From: a virus
DNA length: 64,000 nucleotides
Reading direction: 5' to 3' (one strand)
Virus record (IMG/VR): IMGVR_UViG_3300032246_001368
Location: 1-64,000 of that record
The notes under the pieces are model-generated. The model saw only the letters and a list, made by a program, of their open reading frames with translations, was not told the DNA's origin and searched no databases. Every line of letters starts with the position of its first letter. Positions within the stretch are counted from its first letter, which is position 1. A program made the position numbers and the translations under genes. Positions 9,791 through 19,633 of this stretch are shown here, piece after piece.

Positions 9791-11659
9791 TTAAGCTTCT
9801 GTTGCTGGTGTTTCTGTTTCTGGTGTTTCTGCTTCAGGTGCTACCCCTGCCTCAGGGGTTTCTGGTGCTTCTGCTTCTGGGGTTTCAGGTGTAGCTCCAC
9901 CACCAAATTCTGGTATTTCTGAAGAAGAAGTACTACTACCACCGCCTTCTCCACCACCACCACCTTCTTCTGAAGACACCCCACCAGCCACCTTTTCAGC
10001 TGCTTCTATATGTTCTCTCCAATTAGGACCATTATTTTCAATCTGATTCAATTCCCATTTAAGAGCTGCATCCTTACGAAGCCATTCCATATTCTCACTG
10101 ATTTTACCATCCGAATAATCAAGATAATGTCTTTGAGCAAAAGTATTGGAAATACTTTCGTTATTACTCATATCATTGAAATTCTTTTGTTTAAGCTCAA
10201 ATAATTGCTGTTGTCTTACTGCAAAGAAATTAGAAGGCGGATTGAAGTCCAGGTTAATATAAGATTCATGCATCTTTAACTCTTTCCACCATCCTCTTAA
10301 TTTTAAATGTGTAATAAAGGCTTGTTTAAAACCTTGTGCAAATTGTTGTTGCAGAGAAATAATAAACTTTGCAAATCTTAATTCTTCTCTAAGAATTTCT
10401 GATCCGTCTTTAAACGGCTCATTAGGATTAAGTCTAGTAAGAGGAACCTTAAGACTCTTGTATAATTTGTTAACGAAATACATCAAATCATCCAACTGAC
10501 CCAAATTTGCTCCACCGGGCAACACTTCGACGTCTGATCCTACTTCACCCTGTCTTCTTGCAAACCAATAAGAATCCAACATAGACTGTGGATTATATAT
10601 GTTACCCGTCTTACTTGAAGATGAAGTATCGTTATAAGTCTGCTTAGACCAATACTGCTGCATAAGCTGTTTTACATAAGCTTCTGCTTTAGCAGCTGGC
10701 ATATTACCTACATCGATCTTAAATTTAAGACGCTCTGGCGCTCTGACTAATCGATATATAATAATAGAATCTTCTACAAGAGAAAGTTGCTTGTATGATC
10801 GGCGACAATTCTCTAAAAAGGGAATTCTAATAGACATATCTTCATTCCATAAACCAGAATTTATATATGTTACTTGATTGCCTTGCAATGTGAGTAATTG
10901 TTGTTGTAACGAATTAGTACTCACATTACTTTGAACCTGTGAAAGAGGACCTGCAGGGTTGTTTAAAAGACTGATAGGTTTTTGAAAAATAAAGTTTTCG
11001 ATAACATTATTTTGAATATTATCATATACAGGATTAATGAGTTCGCCTGGGATACTAAGAACACCAATAACTCCATAGTCTTGTTTTTCTTTATGTGTTA
11101 CATTTTCAAAGAATAACTCCCCTTCTGTTAGAAGATGTCTGCAATAACCTTTTCCTTTATGTTCTAAATCATATATGTTAATGAATTTTGAAAACTCCTT
11201 TCTCAGTTCATTCTTTTCTTCTTGGTGAAGATTAGCAAAATTGGAAAATTTCAAATGAACGATTTCATCATTCTCATCTTTGACAATAAACTCATCACAA
11301 ATTTCATCCAAACAATCTGATACTTCTGCAAAAGCAGCCATTCTTCTATATTCTGCTAAACGTCTAATTTTATCAGTATCTATTTGAGCATAGATATAAC
11401 GGTGATAAGCTTGATCTGATCCGAAGGATCCTGGATTATAATAATCACCATGGCCTTTCATGTAAGGACCAGTAATCGCCGATTGCTGCATGAGCCTTAG
11501 TTCTGAACGTTTTGAAAGACGATCAAATAATTCGTATTTTGGATTACCAGAATCCGCATCTACAGCTCCTGCTACATAAGGAAGTCTTTGTAAAATCGAA
11601 CTTACAAAGTTTCTACTTGCGTCTGGAACTCTATTTGCTGTGGGAAGAAGATCGGCCAT
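9791..11659 (-). CDS. gp20: portal vertex protein (T4 gp20-like)
   Basis: QLSLVEDSIIIYRLVRAPERLKFKIDVGNMP..KAE.YV; SMLDSYWFARRQG..GSDVEVLPGG.NLG.LDDL.YF..KLYKSLKVP; ILREELRFAKFI; acidic PETPE tail. Confidence 0.97.
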   Translation of the reverse strand: MADLLPTANRVPDASRNFVSSILQRLPYVAGAVDADSGNPKYELFDRLSKRSELRLMQQSAITGPYMKGHGDYYNPGSFGSDQAYHRYIYAQIDTDKIRRLAEYRRMAAFAEVSDCLDEICDEFIVKDENDEIVHLKFSNFANLHQEEKNELRKEFSKFINIYDLEHKGKGYCRHLLTEGELFFENVTHKEKQDYGVIGVLSIPGELINPVYDNIQNNVIENFIFQKPISLLNNPAGPLSQVQSNVSTNSLQQQLLTLQGNQVTYINSGLWNEDMSIRIPFLENCRRSYKQLSLVEDSIIIYRLVRAPERLKFKIDVGNMPAAKAEAYVKQLMQQYWSKQTYNDTSSSSKTGNIYNPQSMLDSYWFARRQGEVGSDVEVLPGGANLGQLDDLMYFVNKLYKSLKVPLTRLNPNEPFKDGSEILREELRFAKFIISLQQQFAQGFKQAFITHLKLRGWWKELKMHESYINLDFNPPSNFFAVRQQQLFELKQKNFNDMSNNESISNTFAQRHYLDYSDGKISENMEWLRKDAALKWELNQIENNGPNWREHIEAAEKVAGGVSSEEGGGGGEGGGSSTSSSEIPEFGGGATPETPEAEAPETPEAGVAPEAETPETETPATEA

Positions 11660-11758
11660 GATATTATTTTATATTTATTATACTTTACTTACTGTCAACT
11701 TTGTTTTATTTACTAAAATACTTTAAAATGACTATACGAGGCATAAATAATCTATATT

Positions 11759-12085
11759 ATGAGTAAATTTCTTGATTTAGTAAAATCCACTTATCCTTTC
11801 TTAACAGAACAAGAGGATGAAACTCCTTCACCAGACATCGTTCCTACCTCAGATGAAGTAGAAACTGCTTTGCCTAAAGAAATTGACCAAACAGTACGAG
11901 TACAATTGGTAAAACTTGCTGTAGAAACACTTTTCATTGATAAGAACCGTTTAGAGGAAAGTAATCCCTCTGCTAGAACTATTATCAATCAAATTTCAGA
12001 TAAGACACCCATAGATATTACTAATGTAGATATTACTCAAAAGTTATTAGAAGAATTAATAGCTTTGGTTGAAATACCTTCTTAA
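11759..12085 (+). CDS. hypothetical acidic protein, candidate head-internal protein
   Basis: ORF track; TAAATA 9 nt upstream; N-terminus MSKFLDLVKSTYPFLTE. Confidence 0.6.
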   Translation: MSKFLDLVKSTYPFLTEQEDETPSPDIVPTSDEVETALPKEIDQTVRVQLVKLAVETLFIDKNRLEESNPSARTIINQISDKTPIDITNVDITQKLLEELIALVEIPS

Positions 12086-12121
12086 TACGTGCCAAGTACC
12101 CCTCTTACTATAAAGTAGGAT

Positions 12122-12397
12122 ATGGACAATAAAGGTTACGACCTTCATAATTTAACTGAAAATCAAGTTAAATTAATTTTAGAAGCTTTACTTTTCTCTT
12201 GCTCAGTTGATGTTAACAGCTGCTGGTATAAAGAAGAAATAGAAGAAATGGCTGAATTAAGCATTTCTTTGAGAGGGTTATGTTCTGACATACCCTTAAA
12301 CAATATATATCTATGTGATGAAAAATATTTTGACACAACTACAGAAAAAATAGTTGAATATTTCCCAGAACTAATGGATAATAAACCTAATTTATGA
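12122..12397 (+). CDS. hypothetical protein, 91 aa
   Basis: ORF track; 4-nt ATGA overlap with next gene. Confidence 0.7.
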   Translation: MDNKGYDLHNLTENQVKLILEALLFSCSVDVNSCWYKEEIEEMAELSISLRGLCSDIPLNNIYLCDEKYFDTTTEKIVEYFPELMDNKPNL

Positions 12398-13023
12398 AAA
12401 TAGCTGTCTCCGGCACACAATGCGTAGGAAAATCCACTTTTATTAAAGATTTCCTTAAAACCTGGACAATGTATGAGACTCCCAAGGAGTCCTACAGAGA
12501 CCTTATTAAAGAAAAAAATCTACCTCACAGTAGCAAAGGCACTGAAGAAACTCAAAGAATTATATTAGATTTTCTCATTGATCAATGTCAGAAGTATTCT
12601 AAAGACGATAATGTTATATTTGATCGTTGTGTACTAGATAATCTTGCTTATTCTTCTTGGTTAAACCTTAATGGTCAAGTATCAGACAAGTTTTTAGATG
12701 AATCTCGTATTATTATCAGAGAGACACTTAGTATGTTTGATATTATCTTTTTTCTTCCTCTTACGAAGGTTGCTCCGGTCAATTTAGTTGACGATGGTTT
12801 AAGAGATACTGATAACGTCTTTAGAGAAGAAGTCGATAACATTTTTAAGGTATTCCAACAGTCTTATCTACAGGGTGACGGAAGAGTATTTCCAAAGGGT
12901 GATAGCCCTCCGGTCATTGATATTTACGGAAATCCTGAAGAAAGAATAATGCTTACAAGTCTTTATGTGAATAAAGAAGGTAAACATTATGGTGAAGAAG
13001 AAAGCCTAATTAAGACCGCATAA
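12394..13023 (+). CDS. P-loop nucleotide kinase-like protein (AAA_28/NadR-type)
   Basis: Walker A SGTQCVGKST at N-terminus; IFDRCVLDNLAY; FDIIFFLP; DDGLR lid motif. Confidence 0.8.
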   Translation: MKIAVSGTQCVGKSTFIKDFLKTWTMYETPKESYRDLIKEKNLPHSSKGTEETQRIILDFLIDQCQKYSKDDNVIFDRCVLDNLAYSSWLNLNGQVSDKFLDESRIIIRETLSMFDIIFFLPLTKVAPVNLVDDGLRDTDNVFREEVDNIFKVFQQSYLQGDGRVFPKGDSPPVIDIYGNPEERIMLTSLYVNKEGKHYGEEESLIKTA

Positions 13024-13038
13024 CGGTAAGTAAAAGAA

Positions 13039-13848
13039 ATGTCTAAATTTAACTTCCTCGTTGAAAATATGTTAGTTGATCTGAAAGAGGGTAGAATCCC
13101 TAAATCAGCTCAATTCTCTAATATCGAAATAGATGCTTCCTCTTTTGCTGATAAATTAAAGGCAGGGGACATGAACGATCTTATAGATGCCTGGTCTGCT
13201 AAAAAGTGGCTTGGTAATTTACCAGTAGAAAAGATTAGAGAAATCTTATCTTCTCTAGCTGAAGACCTAACAGAATTTCCTCCTCGCTCTTACACAGAAC
13301 TTTGGGCTCAAATAGAGACTAAAGTAAGAGAAGGGGTTCCTACACGTAAAGATTTAGTTCAGAAAATGACTAGAGTAACATCGAATCTTTTAACTGATCC
13401 TTCCTTTGGATTGATTAAAGTAGTAGAGGCTCCAGAGGAAACAGAAGCTCCAAAGAGAGTATCTTCTGTAGAAGACGAAGAAGAGCTTACAGAAGTAGAA
13501 GAGAAAACATTAGATTATATTCGCCAGGCAGAAGAGCCTTCAGAATATAGTGATGTTGTCAAGTATATAACAGGTTCCTTTGCTAAAGAAGAAAATGAGG
13601 CACAGGATGTTATCAAAGACCTTATATCTAAAAAGTTAATAGAAAAACAAGGTGATAATTTGGTAGCCAAGCAAGAATCCGGAACAGCAGTCTTAGAACC
13701 TGATGAAAATCTTTCAACCGGTGATGAGGAACACGATCGTGAATTGGCCAGAGCAGCAGCACTTGAATATGATCCAGAGGTAGAAGCAGCCTATAAGGAA
13801 TACCTCTCTTCTGATTATTCTTCAGACAATTATAGCTACGGAGATTGA
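13039..13848 (+). CDS. hypothetical acidic protein with possible winged-helix region, 269 aa
   Basis: ORF track; TAAGTA 6 nt upstream; LTEVEEKTLDYI...IKDLISKKLIEKQGD resembles a wHTH. Confidence 0.65.
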   Translation: MSKFNFLVENMLVDLKEGRIPKSAQFSNIEIDASSFADKLKAGDMNDLIDAWSAKKWLGNLPVEKIREILSSLAEDLTEFPPRSYTELWAQIETKVREGVPTRKDLVQKMTRVTSNLLTDPSFGLIKVVEAPEETEAPKRVSSVEDEEELTEVEEKTLDYIRQAEEPSEYSDVVKYITGSFAKEENEAQDVIKDLISKKLIEKQGDNLVAKQESGTAVLEPDENLSTGDEEHDRELARAAALEYDPEVEAAYKEYLSSDYSSDNYSYGD

Positions 13849-13873
13849 TATTACCGATAATTTAATGTATAAT
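13845..13873 (+). promoter_or_regulatory. sigma70-type promoter for primase
   Basis: TTGATA (13845-13850), 17 bp, TATAAT (13868-13873); GTG start follows after 6 nt. Confidence 0.7.
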
Positions 13874-13879
13874 ATATAG

Positions 13880-14845
13880 GTGAGACAATTGCCTAGCAGT
13901 TATATTTTAAATAAATTTTACACTTATTCAGGAGCACCTGTATATAATAAATTTACAAATATATACAGTGCTTCCTGTCCTATCTGCAGAGAAGGTAAAA
14001 GCTTCTTAAAGAAGAAAAGGTTATATTTTTATCCTACAAGCAATTCCTTTTTTTGCTTTAATTGTAGTAAATCATGGCAAGCACATAACTGGATAGAAGC
14101 TGTTACTGGTATGTCTCGTGATGAGATAGAATCAGAAGCCATATCCGGAAATACTTCTTTTGATATTACAGATAATATCAAATATAGTAATAAATTTAAA
14201 AAGAAAGAATTACCTTCTTTACCTTTAGATTCTATTAATCTAAATGATCCTCTCCAAAAACAGTATTATGGAGCTAATGTATATTTTCAAAAAGCAGTAG
14301 AGTATATAACAGAAAGAAGATTAGATACAGCTATTAATAGATGCCCCTCTTTCTACATAAGCTTAACAGACTATTTTCATAAAAATAGATTATGTATACC
14401 TTATTTTGATAGGAATAAGAAAGTTGTTTTCTACCAAACAAGATCTTTAGATGGATCAGAACCAAGATACCTTAACAAGGTTGGTTATGATAAAACTATA
14501 TTCGGTATAGAAAGAATAGATATGTCTATTGATACCTTATTCTTATTTGAAGGTCCTATGGACGCAATGTTTGTTAAAAACGGGGTATCTGTGGCAGGAT
14601 TAGTATTAACCGGAGAACAAGAAAAGCAGTTAACGGAATTTGCCTTCTTTGAGAAGATATGGGTATTAGATAACCCTCGTTTTGATGAAGCAGCTAAAGA
14701 AAATATCTTTAAATTAGTATCGAACAAACAAAAAGTCTTTAAATGGCCTACTGATAAACCATATAAAGACTTTAATGAATGGTGTGTTAAAGAAAAATTA
14801 GACGAAATAGATTATAAATTTATATTGCAAAATTTATATTATTAA
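13880..14845 (+). CDS. gp61: DNA primase (T4 gp61-like)
   Basis: Zn finger CPIC...FFCFNC; RLCIPYFD....VFYQTRSL; TOPRIM FEGPMDAMF, WVLDN, KDFNE. Confidence 0.93.
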   Translation: MRQLPSSYILNKFYTYSGAPVYNKFTNIYSASCPICREGKSFLKKKRLYFYPTSNSFFCFNCSKSWQAHNWIEAVTGMSRDEIESEAISGNTSFDITDNIKYSNKFKKKELPSLPLDSINLNDPLQKQYYGANVYFQKAVEYITERRLDTAINRCPSFYISLTDYFHKNRLCIPYFDRNKKVVFYQTRSLDGSEPRYLNKVGYDKTIFGIERIDMSIDTLFLFEGPMDAMFVKNGVSVAGLVLTGEQEKQLTEFAFFEKIWVLDNPRFDEAAKENIFKLVSNKQKVFKWPTDKPYKDFNEWCVKEKLDEIDYKFILQNLYY

Positions 14846-14889
14846 GATAATTTCCGAAGTTTTTTAGGAGCCATGGATAAGTATATTAT

Positions 14890-15546
14890 ATGGCTTTATC
14901 AAAAGAAGAAATAAAAATTAGACGCAAACAATATAGAGATAAAAATCGTCAAAAAATTAAAGAACAGCATCGTCAAGATTATTTAAGAAGAAAAGAAATT
15001 ATAAAAGAAAAGGCTAAACAATATTATTACGATAACAAAGAAAAAGTTTTAAAAAATGTAAAAGAATATACAAACAAAAATAAAGATATCAAAAAACAAT
15101 ATAATAAAGAATATAGAGAGAAAAATTTAGAAAAATTTAAACTCAGAGATAAAGAATATTATTATTTAAATAAAGATAAATTTCGTTCCAAAAGAACAAA
15201 TTATTGGAAAAATAGAAGACATACAGATATACAACACAAAATACGTAAAGATATATCTACACGTATGTCTTTAGCTCTTAGAAAGAATAAAACAATAAAA
15301 AGTTCCAAAACATTAGAATTACTTGGTTGTAATTTAGAAACTTTAATGAAGCATCTTGAATTATTATTTAAACCTGATATGAATTGGGATAATCATGGTT
15401 TATATGGATGGCATATAGATCACATCAAACCATGTGCTTCTTTTAATTTATTAGAGGAAACACAACAAAAACAATGTTTTCACTACACTAATCTTCAACC
15501 TTTATGGGCTAAAGAAAATATTATAAAATCTGATAATATTTTATGA
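14890..15546 (+). CDS. free-standing HNH-type endonuclease with basic N-terminal repeats
   Basis: LLGC...MNWDNHG..GWHIDHIKPCASF...CFHYTNLQPLWAKEN..KS; Lys/Tyr-rich repeats; very low GC. Confidence 0.85.
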   Translation: MALSKEEIKIRRKQYRDKNRQKIKEQHRQDYLRRKEIIKEKAKQYYYDNKEKVLKNVKEYTNKNKDIKKQYNKEYREKNLEKFKLRDKEYYYLNKDKFRSKRTNYWKNRRHTDIQHKIRKDISTRMSLALRKNKTIKSSKTLELLGCNLETLMKHLELLFKPDMNWDNHGLYGWHIDHIKPCASFNLLEETQQKQCFHYTNLQPLWAKENIIKSDNIL

Positions 15547-16164
15547 ATTTGGGGTTTCTAAATCCCTAATTTTCTTTGGAGCTGTGATAATGAAAGAATT
15601 TAATACTTCTTTTAATTTATCCAATTCACCGGTTGTACGTGTAATGTTGTCAGAAGACTTACGCATGATACCACGAAGTAAACTTCCAGCTCTGTCATTG
15701 TCTGATAAAAATTTATGCAATGAATCTATATTAGGATCATTCAACATAGCAGTAAATTCATCCAATTTGAGAGACCATTTCTCAATCTCCTCAATATTCC
15801 TTGTAGCGACCTCAGGTGGAACACCTTCTATTTCATAGGCATCTTTTGGAGTTTCAGGCTCTAAAGCCTTTTCAAAATCCTTTTTATTATCATCTTGTGA
15901 AAATTCAGATGGCTTCTTTGCTTCTCCTTCTGGAGCGACTTCTTCGGCTTCGGAAATTAATGAAGTTAAAAATCTGCTAGCAAATGGAATTTCTGAACTC
16001 TCGTTACAAGAATCACAAGTATCAGCACAATTGCACATAGGGAGATAATTGGAATCTAAAATTCTCTTAACTTCCTTTTCAACTTTAGGATTTCTAGAAG
16101 GTACAGTTGTTTTTACACCATATTTCTTTTTAGTTTTTAATTTGGCTTTTGCTGAATTTCTCAT
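15541..16164 (-). CDS. hypothetical protein, 207 aa
   Basis: ORF track; basic N-terminus, CNCADTCDSC, then LISE and an acidic/helical region; TAAATA 14 nt upstream. Confidence 0.7.
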   Translation of the reverse strand: MRNSAKAKLKTKKKYGVKTTVPSRNPKVEKEVKRILDSNYLPMCNCADTCDSCNESSEIPFASRFLTSLISEAEEVAPEGEAKKPSEFSQDDNKKDFEKALEPETPKDAYEIEGVPPEVATRNIEEIEKWSLKLDEFTAMLNDPNIDSLHKFLSDNDRAGSLLRGIMRKSSDNITRTTGELDKLKEVLNSFIITAPKKIRDLETPNS

Positions 16165-16188
16165 TATAATATATTCTATATTTACCTT

Positions 16189-16905
16189 ATGAATGTCAAA
16201 AACCCTAAATCAATTGTAATTTACAGCGGAGGACTCGATTCTACTTGTTTACTTTACAGAATTAACAAGACGTCAGAGGTTTTGTGTTTAATCTTTAACT
16301 ATGGTCAAAGACATTCCATAGAGATAGAAAGAGCTATTGAAAATTGTATTAAATTAAATGTTCCATATAAGGTGTTGGATATATCCTTTTTTAAAGATAT
16401 AGCATCCTCATCGGCTCTGTTAGATACGAGTTTGGAAATACCTAAAATAAAAGATGTTGCAGGCCATGCACAGCCCTTGTCTCATGTTCCTAACAGAAAT
16501 ATGATATTTTTATCAATTGCAGCAGCCATAGCAGAATCTATTAAAGCTCCAAATATTTACTATGGAGCTGCTGAAGTGGATACACATAGTGGCAATTGGG
16601 ATTGTTCTTTAGATTTTTTAAAATATATTAATCAAACTTTAAATTTAAATAGGTCAAATCAAGCACAGGTTGTTGCACCATATATTACCTTTTCTAAAGC
16701 AGATATTATCAAGGACGGGGTGAAAAATGGAGTAGATTTTACTAAAACGCATACCTGTTACAACGGCAAAAATGAAGGATGCTTAGAATGTTCAGCTTGC
16801 TCTAGTAGAGTACAAGGTTTTATAGAAGCACGGTTAATAGACCCTATCCCCTATATAAAACAAATAGAATGGGCGAAATATAATTGTCAACCAATTATAT
16901 TTTAA
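16189..16905 (+). CDS. queC: 7-cyano-7-deazaguanine synthase QueC
   Basis: PP-loop YSGGLDST; FNYGQRH..E; VPNRNMIFLSIA; WDCS (cf. YPDCR); Zn site THTCY...GCLECSACSSR. Confidence 0.93.
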   Translation: MNVKNPKSIVIYSGGLDSTCLLYRINKTSEVLCLIFNYGQRHSIEIERAIENCIKLNVPYKVLDISFFKDIASSSALLDTSLEIPKIKDVAGHAQPLSHVPNRNMIFLSIAAAIAESIKAPNIYYGAAEVDTHSGNWDCSLDFLKYINQTLNLNRSNQAQVVAPYITFSKADIIKDGVKNGVDFTKTHTCYNGKNEGCLECSACSSRVQGFIEARLIDPIPYIKQIEWAKYNCQPIIF

Positions 16906-16935
16906 ATATATTTTTTTTAAAGGATAAATATTTGC

Positions 16936-17640
16936 ATGACATTTGCAAACACCAACATTAAAAATAATTATTTAATATATAAAATCAATTTTGAAAAGAA
17001 TTATTATTACATAGGGGTTAGTAATAATTTTAAAAGACGTTTAACAGAACACAAATATCATAAAGCACATAAAATATTAAATTATGAATTTTTAGAAATA
17101 AATTTAAGTGAGGAAGAAGCTTATAATAAAGAAAAAAGTATAATTACAGATGATTTAATTAAAGATCCTTTATGTTTAAATCAAACTCGTGGAGGCAGAC
17201 ACCCGTACAATAAAAGATTAAATGTTCCACATTCAAAAGAAACAAAAGAAAAAATTTCCAATACCAAAAAAAGACAAGCTTCATTGGGTTTATTATGGGT
17301 GCAACAAGAAAAAAATAAAAACATTATTAAGGAAAGATGCTTAAGAGGTGATGATAATCCATCACGCCGTCCAGAAGTAAGAGAAAAAATAAGATTATCT
17401 AAATTAGGACCCCTCAATCCTCAATATGGGAAAAGGGGAACTATGTTAGGTAAAAAGGCATCACCTGAAACAAAACATAAGCAATTAATGAAATTAGGAT
17501 TCAAAATAAAAACACCAGTTGGAATTTTTATAGGAGCGGAAACCGCGGCTAAACATTACAAAATAAGATCCAAAACAGTTCTTAGTAGATGTCGTAATCA
17601 AAAATTTCCAGAATGGCAAATTTTAGGAAAAGGTGAATAA
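16936..17640 (+). CDS. GIY-YIG homing endonuclease with NUMOD3-like repeats
   Basis: LIYKI......YYIGVSNN..RR..EH; HSKETKEKIS, RPEVREKIRLSKLG..NP.YGK, SPETKHK; very low GC. Confidence 0.85.
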   Translation: MTFANTNIKNNYLIYKINFEKNYYYIGVSNNFKRRLTEHKYHKAHKILNYEFLEINLSEEEAYNKEKSIITDDLIKDPLCLNQTRGGRHPYNKRLNVPHSKETKEKISNTKKRQASLGLLWVQQEKNKNIIKERCLRGDDNPSRRPEVREKIRLSKLGPLNPQYGKRGTMLGKKASPETKHKQLMKLGFKIKTPVGIFIGAETAAKHYKIRSKTVLSRCRNQKFPEWQILGKGE

Positions 17641-17675
17641 AATATATTTTATAATATAATATCAGATAAAATTCC

Positions 17676-18359
17676 ATGGACAACGTACAATTGCAAACCT
17701 TTATAAAACAACATCATATAGTTTGTGCTACACCTCTCTCATTAGCTGAGTTTAATGAGAAGAGTAAATTAGCAATATTTCTAGACAAGACAGAATATAA
17801 AAACTATACTATTATAGACAATAATACTACTAGTTTATCCAAAGTATATAATTCCTTTATTACAGAAGAAAATAAAGATAAAAATATTATATTCATTCAC
17901 GATGATGTATTAATTGAAGACTTATTTTTTACAGAAAAGCTTGATATAGCTTTTGAAAAGTATGAAATAGTAGGATTAGCAGGAAGTAAGAAGACGGATC
18001 TTACTAAACCAGCAGCATGGCATTTAATGAGTGCCAAAGAAGATATGGTAGGTGAAGTAGGTCATGCATATCAAGGTAAATCATGGACTACAGTATTTGG
18101 ACCTACTAATTCAAGAGCCTTAGTGTTAGACGGATTATTCATAGGAGTAAATGTTTCAAGACTTTTAAAAACAGATACTAGGTTTGATGAAGATTTTGAT
18201 TTCCATCACTATGATATTTCATTTTGTTTAAGAGCTAATAAAAATAAATTAAAAATGGGTGTTGCTCCTATTAAAGTAACTCATTTTGGGTTAGGAGATA
18301 GTATGAATACTCCAGAATGGAATTCCAGTGCCGCAAAGTTCAATCTAAAGTATAATTGA
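17676..18359 (+). CDS. GT-A fold glycosyltransferase (Glyco_tranf_2_5-like)
   Basis: SLSKVYN; IIFIHDDV (DxD equivalent); VGLAGS; VLDGLFI; FDEDFDFHHYDISFCL. Confidence 0.82.
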   Translation: MDNVQLQTFIKQHHIVCATPLSLAEFNEKSKLAIFLDKTEYKNYTIIDNNTTSLSKVYNSFITEENKDKNIIFIHDDVLIEDLFFTEKLDIAFEKYEIVGLAGSKKTDLTKPAAWHLMSAKEDMVGEVGHAYQGKSWTTVFGPTNSRALVLDGLFIGVNVSRLLKTDTRFDEDFDFHHYDISFCLRANKNKLKMGVAPIKVTHFGLGDSMNTPEWNSSAAKFNLKYN

Positions 18360-18362
18360 TAT

Positions 18363-19031
18363 ATGTGTGGAATATACAGCGGTCTATCACCTATAGAATT
18401 TTATCATTTATATAAACATAATCAATCCAGAGGAAGTCATAGTTCTGGGTTTCTTTATATAGAAGATGAAGGATATCAAATTACAAAGACCTCTAAAAAG
18501 GATTACACATTCTTTCCAGATATAAAGAACGGATTTTATCTAGGACATAATAGAGCACCTACTACTAGTGGAGATACTAAAGGGCTTTCTAGTTGTCACC
18601 CATTTTCTTTTGGAAGAGCCATAGCAGCACATAATGGAATATTAACCAATACAGAAGCTCTAGAAAAGGTATATGGAATTAAATTTGATGTTGATAGTCA
18701 ATGGATTCCTTATCTTTATGATATAATGCTTAAAAAAACACATCTAAATCTAAAACCGGAAGAAGCTTTTAGATATGTGTTGGAAGATTTAAAAGGCACA
18801 TATGGAATTTGGCTTTATGATATTGAACAAGGATGTGTGTTTGTAGGTCGTGGTGATAATACAATATACTGGGACGGTAAGAATACTTCCTTCTCATCCA
18901 TTGCAGATGATACATATAAGAATTTAATGCCGGATGGTGCTATCTATATGAAGACCAAATCATCTGAAGTTTTTATTGATATAAATGCAGATAGAAGGTT
19001 GAAAAGAGAACAGAAGTACTTTATGATATAA
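18363..19031 (+). CDS. class II (Ntn) glutamine amidotransferase, stand-alone
   Basis: N-terminal nucleophile MCGI; SRGSHSSG; LGHNRAPT; CHPF; AHNGILTN; VDSQ. Confidence 0.88.
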   Translation: MCGIYSGLSPIEFYHLYKHNQSRGSHSSGFLYIEDEGYQITKTSKKDYTFFPDIKNGFYLGHNRAPTTSGDTKGLSSCHPFSFGRAIAAHNGILTNTEALEKVYGIKFDVDSQWIPYLYDIMLKKTHLNLKPEEAFRYVLEDLKGTYGIWLYDIEQGCVFVGRGDNTIYWDGKNTSFSSIADDTYKNLMPDGAIYMKTKSSEVFIDINADRRLKREQKYFMI

Positions 19032-19034
19032 TAT

Positions 19035-19607
19035 ATGAGTTATTTAAAACAAGACTACAACGGCGATTTGATTCACAAGAGATTTGGATATGAGTATTTC
19101 AAGAAAGAATATAATCCTCTAGGTGTTATTATTGCTTTCCGAGGTAACATGGACGTTACGGATAATTTAATTGATCTAGAAGATAAGCTGAATAATGATT
19201 ACATTTATTCTGAAGATGCATTAAATTTCTGTTGGGAGATTCCTAATATCTGCCCTATTGGAGCAGTCTTCTTCCAGAGACTCTTTGCTCGTTATATTGG
19301 AGATGAATTGGCTTGTGGTTCTTATGGCAAGCTTGATGTTAAGGTAGACGGAGATGATATTATGATTCGTAAGCCAGGAGATGATTCCTTTGGCAAGGCA
19401 AGTGTTAGTATCACTAAGGTCATTGATGGTAATGTAGCTATAGGACATCTTGGTTTGAATATTAATGCAGGGCCTAAAGCACCTTCATTTGCATTCTCAC
19501 TCTTCCTTGATGATGCCACTGCTTCTAATCTTTGCAGACGCGTTAAGGAAATCTATCATGAGACTATAGCAGATTGCTTCATTGCTACTTGCAAAGTGGT
19601 GATATAA
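19035..19607 (+). CDS. DUF366 family protein (biotin/lipoate ligase-like fold)
   Basis: YNG..I...F.Y; IIAFRG.MDV...LIDLED.....IYSEDAL.F..E; QRLF; GDDIM; KASVSI; HLGLNI match the DUF366 pattern as recalled. Confidence 0.8.
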   Translation: MSYLKQDYNGDLIHKRFGYEYFKKEYNPLGVIIAFRGNMDVTDNLIDLEDKLNNDYIYSEDALNFCWEIPNICPIGAVFFQRLFARYIGDELACGSYGKLDVKVDGDDIMIRKPGDDSFGKASVSITKVIDGNVAIGHLGLNINAGPKAPSFAFSLFLDDATASNLCRRVKEIYHETIADCFIATCKVVI

Positions 19608-19633
19608 AACAATCTCGAAGGGTAAGTATATGT

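Noticed and set aside
9791-9990. Acidic Gly/PETPE low-complexity tail of the portal as a novel domain
   Set aside because: Disordered acidic C-termini are common in T4-like portal proteins
16906-17675. Group I intron carrying the GIY-YIG gene
   Set aside because: QueC and the GT both look complete, and the flanks (30 and 35 nt) are too short for a ribozyme core
16189-19031. A bona fide QatABCD or type IV CBASS defence operon
   Set aside because: No adjacent QatA-type ATPase, TatD, CD-NTase or TGT; QueC is canonical in length and motifs
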